Shown here: piece by piece, positions 33,674 to 58,886 of the stretch
Layout of the letters: every line of letters begins with the position of its first letter
Numbering within the stretch: position 1 is the stretch's first letter
From: the human T2T-CHM13v2.0 reference genome, Homo sapiens
Direction: 5' to 3' (one strand)
Assembly: GCF_009914755.1 (NCBI RefSeq)
Contig: NC_060930.1
Length of the DNA stretch: 64,000 nucleotides
Program-made: the position numbers and the translations under genes
The notes under the pieces: generated by a model
What the model saw: the letters and a program-made list of their open reading frames with translations, nothing else
Databases searched by the model: none
Told to the model about the DNA's origin: nothing

Positions 33674-34959
33674 CGGTCAGGTACTAGATAAAGGGCCGCT
33701 TTAATAGTATGGTGGTAGAAGGGCTGGGAGAGAGAGAAAAGATACAGAAATAATAAGAAGACATAATTGACAGATGTAATAATGAATTATTTGTGAGAAA
33801 AAGAGAGTCTAGGATAATTCTCAGATCTTTGGCTGCAGTGACTATTTCATTATGATACCACTCACTGAGATAAAAGGAAGAGGGTCAGGTTTCAGAAAAT
33901 AGGAAGGACTTAGTTTTGGTATAAATGAAAACCTAGACAAAGATCTCCAGTTCTCCATTTACACCTTTTTCTTGCCTTCAGATGTTTAGAATCTTTTAAT
34001 GATAAATTCTTAAAATATTATGAATTGTGAATATTGCGAAAGTGTTTATATTTTATCTGATCAGCTGAATGTAATAAGATTGATGCTACCCCAACCTATC
34101 TATATACCTTCCTTACATTCGAGATACTTAATCCATCAACCACAAAGGAAAATTAAAAACCTAAAGTGATAGGTAGTGGGACAGGATGATTGGAATCAAC
34201 TGTAACTACTAGAGGACTAAAAAGAGAAAAAGGGAGAAGGGGTTGAGGTATGAGTCAAGAGGAAACAAGAACTTTCTTGGCTATTCCTATTATGTTATTT
34301 TATTTATATATTATATACCTTATATAATATAACATAGATAATAAAAATAAAAGAATAGAAAATATTTACTAAATGTATATCACATAAGTTGCATCTATAA
34401 TATATAAAGAACATTCTAAACTAAATAATAAGATAACCCAATTCAAAAAGTGAGCAAAAAATATTTAATTACAGAAGAGATATCGATAAGACATAAGCAC
34501 ATGAAAAGATATCCAACATCATCAGCAAACAGGAAAATGCAATTAAAACACAGTTAGATATTACTACATACCTATCAATATGCTGATGCAGAACAACTGA
34601 AACTCTTATAAATTGCTGGTGAGAATGCAAAATTGTACAATTATTTTGGAAAATTGTTTGGTAAGTTCTTAAAAAGTTAAACACATACTTATCATACAAC
34701 CCATAAATCCCACTCCTAGGTCTTACCCAAGAAAAATAGAAACAATGTACTTGCAAAGACCTACATGTGACTACTTGTAACATCTTTATAACATCTTTAT
34801 TCATAATTACCCAAAGCTGCAAACAACACAATGGCCAACAACTACTGAATGGATGAACAAATTGTGGTATACCCATAGAATAGAATACAACTCAGCGTAT
34901 ACAGGAAAAATCTTACTGATATATACAGCAATAAGGATGACTATCAAATCTTCTTGCAC

Positions 34960-37900
34960 TAACAAAGGTCTGTTCTCCTTAGCCAAAGGACCAGGAAAGG
35001 AGAAGCCTAGCAAGACAGAAAGCTTATAGACAATAAATAGTCTACTCTAGCCAAATATTTAAAATCTTGGCTTTGTCTCCATCCATGCTAGAAAAGGCTG
35101 AATAAAGAGCCTAGACTTCCATCCTCACCAGACTATAAAGAGATGCCCAACACACTGCTAGGGTGATGTCAGAGGAGGCCACCCTAAGACTAAAAGTGTC
35201 ACCCCCAACCATCCTGTAATAACACCCTAGCCTATGGTGTTAATAGCTCCAGCCCTACCCAGCTGTAATGAGATATTCCTCTCTCTCCCTGCAGGAATGT
35301 CATCAGAGATGACCTGGTGGAGAGTCGGGACTTCACCATCATCCATTGATTAAGCCACTGTCCACATGGAATCAGTCAAGGATGTAGGGAGAGCCAGAAC
35401 TCCCATTCCCCCCCAGTAGTAATGAGGAGACCCCCTTAAAGGCTGAGTAAGAAACCTGGAATTAACAAGGTCGTGAGCTCCATTCCTCAGGCAGAACAAC
35501 ATCAGAGAAACCCAATTAAAGTAGGAGATCTATAGTCTCATAATATAATACAAAAATGTCCAGGTTTCAATTTAAAAAATCACTCATCATACCAAGAACC
35601 AGAAATATTTATCAACAGAATGATAAAAGACAATCAGTAGATGCCAACATCAAGATGACACACATGTTAGAGTTATTTGGCAAAGATATTAAAGAAGCCA
35701 TGATAAAAATGCTTCAACAAGCAATTATAAACATGCTTGAAACAAAAAATAGAAAGCCTCAGCAAATAAATAGGAGATATAAAGAAGAATCCAGTGGAAA
35801 CTTTAGAACCGAAAAATATAATAGTTGAAATGAAAAAGTTCAGTGGATAAACTCAATAACAAAAAAAGGAGGGAATATAGGAGATAATCAGTGATCCAAA
35901 ATTTTAAACAATGGAAATTTCCTAATCTGAACAATGAAATAGACTGAAATAAAAAGATGAATAGAGCCTGAAAGACATTTAGGACTAAAGCAAAAGATCT
36001 AATGTTGAAGTCATCAGAATCCCAGAAGAAGAGAAGGAAGAGGGTGAGGCTGAAAAAGTATTTGAAGAAATAATGGATGAAAACTTCCAAAATTTGCCAA
36101 GAGACATAAGCCTACAGATTCAAGAAGCCGAGTAAGCCTCAAATAGGAAAAATCCAAAAAATACATACCAGGGCATATCACAATTAAACTTGGAAAATGA
36201 AATACAAATTAAAATTTTTAAAATTGAAGTAGACCTAAAAAAACACCTTACCTCTAGGAAAAATGAAGCAAATGATAGCAGTTTCTCATTAGAAACCATG
36301 GAGGCCAGAAGGAAGTAGCATACTATTTTTCAAGCACTAAAAGAAAAGAACTGTCAACACTGATTAACCATCAACCAAGAGGATCTAATAGACATTTAAA
36401 GAATATACCATCCAACAACAGAATACATGTTATTTTTAAATACCTATAGAACATGTATCAAGAGACACCATATCCTGGGCCATAAAACGAACCTTAACAA
36501 ATTTAAAATAATTGGAATCATACGAACTGTATTCTCTGATTATAATGGAACAAAATTAGAATCAATAACAGAAAGATAACAGGAAACTTTACTCTCAAAA
36601 CACTCAGAAACTAAACAACACACTTCTAAATAATCCATGGGTCAAAGAGAAAGTCTAGAGGGAAATTTAAAAAATATGCTGAATTGAATAAAAATGAAAA
36701 CTCGATCTATCAAAATGGTGGAAAGTATCTAACACATTACGGAGAGGCACATTTATAGAACTAAATATATACATTGGGAAAAAGAAAACTTTCAGATCAA
36801 TAATCTAATCTCCTGCCTCAAGAACCTAAAAGAGCAAACTAAACCTAAAGCAAATAGTATGAAGTAGGTAATTTAAATAAGAATAGACATCAACTGAGAA
36901 CAAAAAAACTATAGAGAAAATCAACAATACAAAGAGCTGATACTTTGAAAAGATTGATAAAACTGAAAAATCTCTAAACAGACTGATAAAGAATAAATGA
37001 GAGAAGATGCAAATTACCTTACCAAACATGGAGCAGAGAGGTCACTACAGACTCTGCAGACATCAAAAGGATAATAGGGGAAAACTAAAAATAACTCCAC
37101 ACAAGTAAGTTTTATAATGTAGACAAAATGGAACCCTTTCTCAAAAAATACAAACCACGACAACTCACATCCAATATTAAATAACCTTAAAATTCAAATA
37201 ACCTTAAAATTATTAAGGAAATTTAATTCATAATTTAAAAACTCTCAAAAAAGGAATCTCTAGGACCAGATAGTTTCACTGAAGAATTCTACTAAGCATT
37301 TAAAGAAGAAGTGACACAAATTCTACAGGATCTTTTCTATGAAATAGAGGAGAACACAATTCATTTTATAAAGCTAGTATTATCCTGACACCAAAAAGAA
37401 ACAAGGGCAGTACAACAAAAGAAAACTACAGATTATTATCTCTCACGATCATATATGCAAAAATTATTTTTAAGAATAAACAAATGGAATTAAAAGTATA
37501 CATCATTACAAAGTGGGATTTATTCCAAGAATGTAAGATTTGTTCAATATTAAAAAATAAGCAATGTAATCCAACATATTAAAAAGCTAAAGAAAAAAAA
37601 TCGCATAATCATGTCAATCAATACTGAAAAAAAGCATTAACAAAGTTTAACACCCGTTTATGATAAAAATTCTCAGAAGAAAATGAGCAAAAGGGAACTT
37701 CTTCAGCTTGATACAGAGAATTTACAAAACAAGGGGGGATGATCTGCAGCTAACGTTAGGCTTACTGGTGGAAGGACTGAATGCTTTCCCCTAAGACTGG
37801 GGGCAAGGTAAGGATGTTCACTCTCACCACTCATATTAAACAGGGTGCTGAAAGTTCTAGCCAATACTGTAACACATGAAAGGGAAAAAAAGATGTATAA

Positions 37901-39607
37901 GATTGGAAAGGAAGAAATAAAACTGTCCATATTTGCAGATGAAATGATTATCTATGAACAAAATACTAAGGAATATCCAAAAACTTCCTTGAACTAATAA
38001 GTGAGTTCAGTAAGTTTACAAGATAAACATACCAAAATCAGTTGTATTTCTATATACTGGCAAGAAACATGTGGATACCGAAATTAAAAACACGATGCCA
38101 ATTGCAATTGTTTAAAAAATGAAATACTTAAGAGTAAATCTAACAAAACATGTACAAAACTTGTATGCTGAAAACTGCACAACAGTAATGCAATAAATCA
38201 AAGATCTACATAAATGGAGAGGCATACTGTGTTCATGGATTAGAAGACTTGAAATAATAGAGAGGTCAATTTTCCACAAATTGATATGAAAGTTCAGTGC
38301 AATTCCTTTCAAAATACTAGTAAGATTTTTTTGTAGATATAGACAAGATTATTCTAAAGTTAATATGAAAAGGCAAAGGAACTAGAATAGCTAAAACATT
38401 TTTTGAAAAATAAAGAGAGAATCAGTCTACCCAATTTCAAGACTTAATACACAGCTACAGTAATCAAGACTGTGTAGTACTAGTGGAGGGATAGAAAAAT
38501 AAATTAATGGAACAGAATAGAGAATCTAGAAATACATTCATACAAATATTTCCAACTAATTTGTGACAAGAATGCACAACCAATTCAACAGAGGAAGACT
38601 AGACTTTTCCACAAATGGTGCCAGAGCTCTGGAGACTACAGGCCAAAAAGATTATCCTTGACTCAAATCTCACACGTTTCACAAAGAGTGGCTTAAAATG
38701 ATCACAGACTTAAACATGAGTGTAAAGCTATAAAACTTCTAGAAGAAAATATTCAGGATATAGAGCTAGGCAAAGAGTTCTTAGATCTGACACCAAAAGC
38801 ATAATTCACAAAAGGAAAAATAGATAAACTAGACTTCGTCAAAATAAAACTTTTTCTCTGTGAAAGACCCTGATAAGAGGATTAAAAACTCAGCAATCTA
38901 TAGAGTGGGAGAAAATATTTACAAACCACATATCTAACAAAGATCTACTATCTAGAAGGTAATTTTTAAATTCTGAAAATTTAATGGTAAAACAACCTGC
39001 TACAATTTGAAAATATGCAAAAGACATGAAGAGGCATTTCATGAAGGAGTATAAAGCAGAAATAAGCACATGAGAAGATGTTACTTATCATTAGTCATTA
39101 GGGAAATAAAAATTAAAACCAAAATGAGATCTCACTATATACCTATGAGAATGACTGAAATTTTTTAAAGTAGTGACTACAACAAATGCTGGAAAAATGC
39201 AAAGAAATAGGATCACACATCCATTGCTGTTAAAAATGAATTGGTACAACTACTTAGGTAAATAATTTGACTTTTTTTAAAACTAAATATGCAAATACAA
39301 TATGGTCCAGTAATTGCACTCTTGGACATTTATTCCAGGGAAATGCAGACTTATGCTCACAGAAAAACCTGTACACAAATATTTGTAGCAGTTTTGTTTA
39401 TATTACTCCCAAACTGGAAGCAACTCTGATGTCTTTCAGTGAGTGAATGGTTAAATTGTAGTGCACTCATACTATGGAATGCTGCTAAGCAGTAGAGAAG
39501 AATAAACTATTGAGACACAGAACATCCTGGATGAATCTCCAGAGAATTATGCAAAGTGAAAAAAGCCAATCCTCAAAGAATACATGTTATATGATTACAT
39601 TTACATT

Positions 39608-39646
<39 letters not shown>

Positions 39647-40625
39647 TTTTACTTCAAGTTCTGGGATACATGTGCCGAACGTGCAGGTTTGTTACATAGA
39701 TATACATGTGCGATGGTGGTTTGCTGCATCTATCAATCTGTCATCTAGGTTTTAAGCTCCACATGCATTCAGTATTTGTCCTAATGCTCTCCCTCCCTTT
39801 CCCCCCACCCCCCAACAGGCCCCAGTGTGTGACGTTTCCCTCCCTATGTCCATGTCTTCTCATTGTTTAGCTCCCACTTATGAATGAGAATATGCAGTGT
39901 TTGCTTTTCTGTTTCTGTGTTAGTTTGCTAAGAATGATGGTTTCCAGCTTCATTCATGTCCCCGCAAAGGACATGAACTCATTCTTTTTTATGGCTGCAT
40001 AGTATTCCATGGTGAATATGTGCCACATTTTCTTTATCCAGTCTATCATTGATGGGCATTTGGGTTGGTTCCAAGTCTTTGCTATTGTAAATAGTGCTGC
40101 AATAAACATACGTGTGCATGTGTCTTTATAGTAGAATGATTTATAATCCTTTGGGTATATACCCAATAATGGGATTGCTGGGTCAAATGGTATTTCTGGT
40201 TCTATATCCTTGAGGAATCACCACACTGTCTTCTACAATAGTTGAACTAATTTACACTCCCACCAACAGTGTAAAAGCGTTCCTATTTCTCCACGTCCTT
40301 GCCAGCATCTATTGTTTCCAGACTTTAATGATCCCCTTGAGATGACTTTATTATAGAAATGGAGAATAGATTATTGGTTGCCAGGTGTTAAGGAGGGGTT
40401 GGGGATTTGAGGGAAGTGATTGTGACTATAAAAAGGCAATAAGAGGGATCCTTGTGGTGATGAAAATGTTCTCTACCTTGACTGCATCAATGTAAACATC
40501 ATGGTTGAAATATTGTACAACAGTTTTGCAAGATGTTACCATTGGCAGAAACTGTGCAAAGGAAACATGGGTCTCTATCACTTCTTACCTGTCAATCTAC
40601 AATTATCTCAAGACCATTTTTTTAA
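34960..40625 (+). mobile_element. Long decayed L1MC-type element (about L1MC1), nested in an older L1ME/MD 3' end (about 34370-34950 and 40630-40900)
   Basis: A-rich ORF1/ORF2 relics; L1MC1-like 3' end (ggatgaatctccagagaattatgc; gagggatccttgtggtgatg; gttttgcaagatgttaccattgg); internal deletion near 36360. Confidence 0.7.
39605..40334 (-). mobile_element. 5'-truncated L1PA7/8 3' fragment with (TTTA)n tail
   Basis: L1PA7/8-type 3'UTR and ORF2 C-terminus (ORF 39954..40166). Confidence 0.85.
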
Positions 40626-41285
40626 AATGAAGCATTATGCTCAGTGAAAGAAGCTAAACACTAAAAGCTACATATTGTACGATTCCATTTATATGATGAG
40701 ATCAATTGTTTCCAGGGGCTCAGGTTGTGGGGAGAGGGAGTGACTGCAAAAAGGCAACAGTAAATTTGGGGGGTGATAAAACTATATAACATTAGGTGAT
40801 TATTACTTGACTAGGTACACATGTTTAAATTCACCAAACTGTGCATTGAAATAGGATGAATTTTACTCTATATAAATTATGCCTCCCAAAAAACCTGGCT
40901 TTAAAGGATGAAAAAGTGAAATGCACAATATTTTAAATAATTTTACTTACTTAATAGTAAGAAGAATCGATTGAATATGCTTAGTTTTGAAAACTCTGGG
41001 TTTAATACTTTACTGTACAACAATTCAAAGGTCTTGTTCTATATTCAATGCATTTTATTTGATATACTGGTGTTCACCATCGTCAGAATTTGTCAGATGT
41101 GAATAGAGTTGTCAGCCCTATCACTTTTCCCTTGTACTTGCATTATTAGTATCATCTTCAATTCACATTTTAATTAGGGGGTGGGGATCTTTTTAAGTAT
41201 TTGTTAATTTTATTTAGTAACAATTCAATACTCTACACTGTAAATCCACTTAACTGAACTATAGCAAAATAACTTGCAAGTGAAT

Positions 41286-41724
<439 letters not shown>

Positions 41725-41822
41725 TCATTTTGTATGTTAAATAATAGTAAATAATATTTCTTCCTTATTTTTAGGTGAAATGTTAGCATAAATATAGTAT
41801 GCTCTTTCCACATATCAATGGA

Positions 41823-43674
<1,852 letters not shown>

Positions 43675-45054
43675 TCAATGGACTGTCTTAAGAGCCCCCT
43701 GGGTACATGCACCTCCTTACTGGAAACCACTAGATTTCTGTAAACTGTAAAAGAAAATAGATAGGCCCTCCACAACAAATACTCTATGATTTACTAGAAC
43801 ATTAATCTGTTGAATCTGATAAGGTTATATTTTAAAGGGCAAGGCTTTTTCATCTATTTTTGTTTTCAAAAGTTTATTTCTTTGAACATTTACCATGGGG
43901 ATCCAAGGTGTCTATAAGGATAGATTATGAGCCCTTTTGGCATCTCTTTCAACATTTAGTCACATCTATTTAGACTTGTCATTTCCCCAGGCAGAAAAAA
44001 ATGACTTTATTCTTGGACAATTGTAATATCTTCCTTTATGGTATGCCTGTATATATATTCTGTTCCTCAGAATTCACTGAAGCTGTGCAAATATTTCCAG
44101 CCACAAAACAGCAGTAGAATCATAGAACTACCAAGCATTTAGAACTGGAACAAATCTTAGGGGTCAGGAGTTTATTTTATCATCATCCATGTCTAGATTC
44201 TAAATGATGATTTTGAGGTGAAAGGCCCTTGTTTAAGTGAAACCTCTCAGATAATCCAATCCTCAGGCATTATGCACTTCTAAAATCTTGTATCATTCAT
44301 GTTTATAGATTATAATGAGTCAAATATTATACAGTTGTTCCTAACATTTATTTCCATGAAATCAGAATATATGGATTTTTCTCTTTTTGCAAGTCACAGG
44401 TTAAGAAAAAGAAAAAAGCTGGGGCAGGAAGATTCCAACCTCTGAATGTTATGTACTATTTTATCCGGAATGTTTCAGTTGTGGCACCCTGGGGAAAGCT
44501 GGTCTCACTTAGAGAGTGTGAGCTGTCTTATGAACAGTGTGAAAAAAGCAGATGTATTGGCAAGGAAGCCTCTGCTTCTCTCAGCTGTACTTTTTACTTA
44601 AAAACAAGAGAGATGCCCCAGAAGCAACTGGCCTTTTCAAATTAATATAATATTTTTCATCTGTTAATTAATTTGCATGTTATGCATTTTTAACAAATAA
44701 TTATGTTATGTATTGTACTTTATAAACACATTATATATTTCTATTGTTTGGCATTTTTTTCTCTTTCAGTGTGTATTTACCTTAACTATAAAATATAAAC
44801 TTCTTATAAACTAAACAACAGCAATATAAAATGATCACATTTACATACACCCAACTAAGGCAATCCTCTAAATTTCATTTTACAAATATGGCATTCAAAT
44901 TTTTGTGTTACACATAATTTTAATTACCTCATATTATAATTTGCACATAATTCAGTTTCATTTTTGAAGTTATATCATCCATCAATAAATTGGCATTTTT
45001 ACTGACAACATGATATTCCATTGAGTTAACATCCAACATTTTGCCTAATAAACT

Positions 45055-51230
<6,176 letters not shown>

Positions 51231-51284
51231 TGCCTCATAAACTCTTTACCTTAAGGTATTTAAATTATATGTAGGACACTGGTT

Positions 51285-51568
51285 CTTTTTTTTTTTTTTT
51301 GAGACAGGGTCTTATTCTGTCACCCAGGCTGAAGTGCGGTGGTATGATCACAGCTCACCACAGCCTCAACCTCTGGGACTCAGGTGACCCTCCCACCTCA
51401 GCCTCTTGAGTAGTTGGGACTACGGATGTGTGCCATCATGCCCGGCTAATTTTTGTGCTTTTTGTGGAGACAGGGTCTGGCCATGTTGCCCAGGCTGGTC
51501 TCAAACTCCTGGGCTCAAGTGATCTGCCCAGCTTGGCCTCCCAGAGTGCTGGGATTACAGGTGAAGGG
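51285..51568 (-). mobile_element. AluJ inserted at the end of a MER5A-like element (about 51570-51815) that contains a (CA)n tract
   Basis: Diverged Alu with cactggtt repeated on both sides; MER5A motifs (catttctaagaagttcccagg..gatgc..ccacactttt) follow. Confidence 0.8.
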
Positions 51569-51947
51569 CACTGGTTATTAAATTTTAGTGGGCTTTGCAA
51601 TCACTTGAAGGACTAATTAAAACACAGAGTGCTTTGCCCATGTGTGCATGAACATGCGCACACATGCGTGCACGCACACACACACACACACACACAGACA
51701 CAATCTTCTGACTCAATAGAACAGGGGTAAGACCAGAGAATTTCCATTTCTAAGAAGTTCCCAGGGGATGCAGGTACTGCTGGTCGGGAGGTACCACACT
51801 TTTAGAATAACTGATCTAGGGTTCTCTGTTGTGAACTCACCTGCTTTTCATGAAATCTGTTGCTATTACCTGTCTGGAAACTATTCCACCCAAAACAAAA
51901 ATTCTCATTTCATTTATCAAATTAACTGTTTTGAAATGCATATCAAG

Positions 51948-52853
51948 GGAGGAGGAGCCAAGATGGCCGAATAGGAACAGCTCCGGTCTACAGCTCCCAG
52001 CGTGAGCGACGCAGAAGACGGGTGATTTCTGCATTTCCATCTGAGGTACCGGGTTCATCTCACTAGGGAGTGCCAGACAGTGGGCAGAGGCCAGTGTGTG
52101 TGCGCACCATGCGCGAGCCGAAGCAGGGCGAGGCATTGCCTCACCTGGGAAGCACAAGGGGTCAGGGAGTTCCCTTTCCGAGTCAAAGAAAGGGGTGACG
52201 GACGCACCTGGAAAATCGGGTCACTCCCACCCGAATATTGCGCTTTTCAGACCGGCTTAAGAAACGGTGCACCACGAGACTATATCCCACACCTGGCTCA
52301 GAGGGCCCTACGCCCACGGAATCTCGCTGATTGCTAGCACAGCAGTCTGAGATCAAACTGCAAGGCGGCAACGAGGCTGGGGGAGGGGCGCCCGCCATTG
52401 CCCAGGCTTGCTTAGGTAAACAAAGCAGCCGGGAAGCTCGAACTGGGTGGAGCCCACCACAGCTCAAGGAGGCCTGCCTGCCTCTGTAGGCTCCACCTCT
52501 AGGGGCAGGGCACAGACAAACAAAAAGACAGCAGTAACCTCTGCAGACTTAAGTGTCCCTGTCTGACAGCTTTGAAGAGAGCAGTGGTTCTCCCAGCACG
52601 CAGCTGGAGATCTGAGAACGGGCAGACTGCCTCCTCAAGTGGGTCCCTGACCTCTGACCCCCGAGCAGCCTAACTGGGAGGCACCCCCCAGCAGGGGCAC
52701 ACTGACACCTCACACGGCAGGGTATTCCAACAGACCTGCAGCTGAGGGTCCTGTCTGTTAGAAGGAAAACTAACAACCAGAAAGGACATACACACCAAAA
52801 ACCCATCTGTACATCACCATCATCAAAGACGAAAAGTAGATAAAACCACAAAG
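51948..52853 (+). promoter_or_regulatory. L1 5'UTR: CpG-rich internal sense promoter with YY1 site, plus antisense promoter
   Basis: Intact CAAGATGGCCG YY1 motif at 51959-51969 and high CpG density. The antisense promoter is assigned from established L1HS biology. Confidence 0.85.
52183..52398 (-). CDS. ORF0: L1 ORF0 (71 aa, antisense, primate-specific)
   Basis: MAGAPPPASLPPCSLISDCC...RCVRHPFL inside ORF 52183..52467; ATG at 52398. Confidence 0.9.
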   Translation of the reverse strand: MAGAPPPASLPPCSLISDCCASNQRDSVGVGPSEPGVGYSLVVHRFLSRSEKRNIRVGVTRFSRCVRHPFL

Positions 52854-53870
52854 ATGGGGAAAAAACAGAACAGAAAAACTGGAAACTCTAAAACGCAGAG
52901 CACCTCTCCTCCTCCAAAGGAACGCAGTTCCTCACCAGCAACAGAACAAAGCTGGATGGAGAATGATTTTGACGAGCTGAGAGAAGAAGGCTTCAGACGA
53001 TCAAATTACTCTGAGTTACGGGAGGACATTCAAACCAAAGGCAAAGAAGTTGAAAACTTTGAAAAAAATTTAGAAGAATGTATAACTAGAATAACCAATA
53101 CAGAGAAGTGCTTAAAGGAGCTGATGGAGCTGAAAACCAAGGCTCAAGAACTACATGAAGAATGCAGAAGCCTCAGGAGCCGATGCGATCAACTGGAAGA
53201 AAGGGTATCAGCAATGGAAGATGAAATGAATGAAATGAAGCGAGAAGGGAAGTTTAGAGAAAAAAGAATAAAAAGAAATGAGCAAAGCCTCCAAGAAATA
53301 TGGGACTATGTGAAAAGATCAAATCTACGTCTGATTGGTGTACCTGAAAGTGATGTGGAGAATGGAACCAAGTTGGAAAACACTCTGCAGGATATTATCC
53401 AGGAGAACTTCCCCAATCTAGCAAGGCAGGCCAACGTTCAGATTCAGGAAATACAGAGAACGCCACAAAGATACTCCTCGAGAAGAGCAATTCCAAGACA
53501 CATAATTGTCAGATTCACCAAAGTTGAAATGAAGGAAAAAATGTTAAGGGCAGCCAGAGAGAAAGGTCGGGTTACCCTCAAAGGAAAGCCCATCAGACTA
53601 ACAGCGGATCTCTCGGCAGAAACCCTACAAGCCAGAAGAGAGTGGGGGCCAATATTCAACATTCTTAAAGAAAAGAATTTTCAACCCAGAATTTCATATC
53701 CAGCCAAACTAAGCTTCATAAGTGAAGGAGAAATAAAATACTTTATAGACAAGCAAATGCTGAGAGATTTTGTCACCACCAGGCCTGCCCTAAAAGAGCT
53801 CCTGAAGGAAGCACTAAACATGGAAAGGAACAACCGGTACCAGCCGCTGCAAAATCATGCCAAAATGTAA
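52854..53870 (+). CDS. ORF1: L1 ORF1p (338 aa; coiled coil, RRM, CTD)
   Basis: Full-length 338 aa with REKG, ARR and YPAKLS motifs intact. Confidence 0.98.
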   Translation: MGKKQNRKTGNSKTQSTSPPPKERSSSPATEQSWMENDFDELREEGFRRSNYSELREDIQTKGKEVENFEKNLEECITRITNTEKCLKELMELKTKAQELHEECRSLRSRCDQLEERVSAMEDEMNEMKREGKFREKRIKRNEQSLQEIWDYVKRSNLRLIGVPESDVENGTKLENTLQDIIQENFPNLARQANVQIQEIQRTPQRYSSRRAIPRHIIVRFTKVEMKEKMLRAAREKGRVTLKGKPIRLTADLSAETLQARREWGPIFNILKEKNFQPRISYPAKLSFISEGEIKYFIDKQMLRDFVTTRPALKELLKEALNMERNNRYQPLQNHAKM

Positions 53871-53909
53871 AGACCATCAAGACTAGGAAGAAACTGCATC
53901 AACTAATGA

Positions 53910-57761
<3,852 letters not shown>

Positions 57762-58209
57762 ACAATGAGATCACATGGACACAGGAAGGGGAATATCACA
57801 CTCTGGGGACTGTGGTGGGGTCGGGGGAGGGGGGAGGGATAGCATTGGGAGATATACCTAATGCTAGATGACACGTTAGTGGGTGCAGCGCACCAGCATG
57901 GCACATGTATACATATGTAACTAACCTGCACAATGTGCACATGTACCCTAAAACTTAGAGTATAATAAAAAAAAAAAAATTTATAAAAAAAATAATAATA
58001 AAAAAAAAAAAAAAAAAAAAAAGAAATGCATATCAAGAAGACAGGTCCGATTTCATTAAATACTGGTCATGTATTATTTAAAGACTTCCTAAACCTTATT
58101 ATTATTATTATTATTAAAGACTTCCTAAACCTTAAAATTATGGTAGGCCTTCATTTGGTTCTATTCATTGTAGTGAGATGGAAATTACAGGACATCAAAA
58201 GGCTGAAGC

Positions 58210-58886
58210 TGCCAGGTATATACCCCCCCAAAAGGAAATCAATATATCAAAGAGATAACTGCACTCCCATGTTTATTGCAACACTATTCACAATAGCCAA
58301 GATTTGGAATTAGCCTAAGTGATGATCAACAGATGAATGGATAAAGAAAATGTGGTACATATACAAAATGGAGTACTATTCAGCCATAGAAAAGAATGAA
58401 ATCCTGTCATTTGCAACAACATGAATGGAACTGGAGGACATTATATTAATTGAAATAAGCCAGGCACAGAAAGATGAACTTTGAATATTCTCACTAATTT
58501 GTGGGAGCTAAAAATTAAAACAATTGAATTCATGGAGATATAGAGTAGAATGGTAGTTACTGGAGGCTGGGGAGGGTAGTGGGGGCAGTGGAGGGGATCA
58601 GGGATGGTTAATAGATACAAAAACCTAGTTAGATAGAATGAATAAGAACCAGTATTTGATAGCACAATAGGGTGACTACAGTCAGCAATAATTTGTTGTA
58701 CATTTTAGAATAATAGAAGTAGTGCAACTAGAATGTTTATAACATACAGAAATGATGAATGAGGTGATGGATATCCCATTTATCCTTGTGTGATTATTAC
58801 ACACTGTATGCCTGTATCAAAATAGCTCATGTGCCCCATAAATATATATATATACTATGTAACCCAAAAAAATTAAAAATTAAAAA
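58210..58886 (+). mobile_element. L1MA1/2 3' fragment
   Basis: L1MA-type 3'UTR ending in an A-rich tail; degenerate TSD aaaaggctgaagc/aaaaggcaaaagc. Confidence 0.75.
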
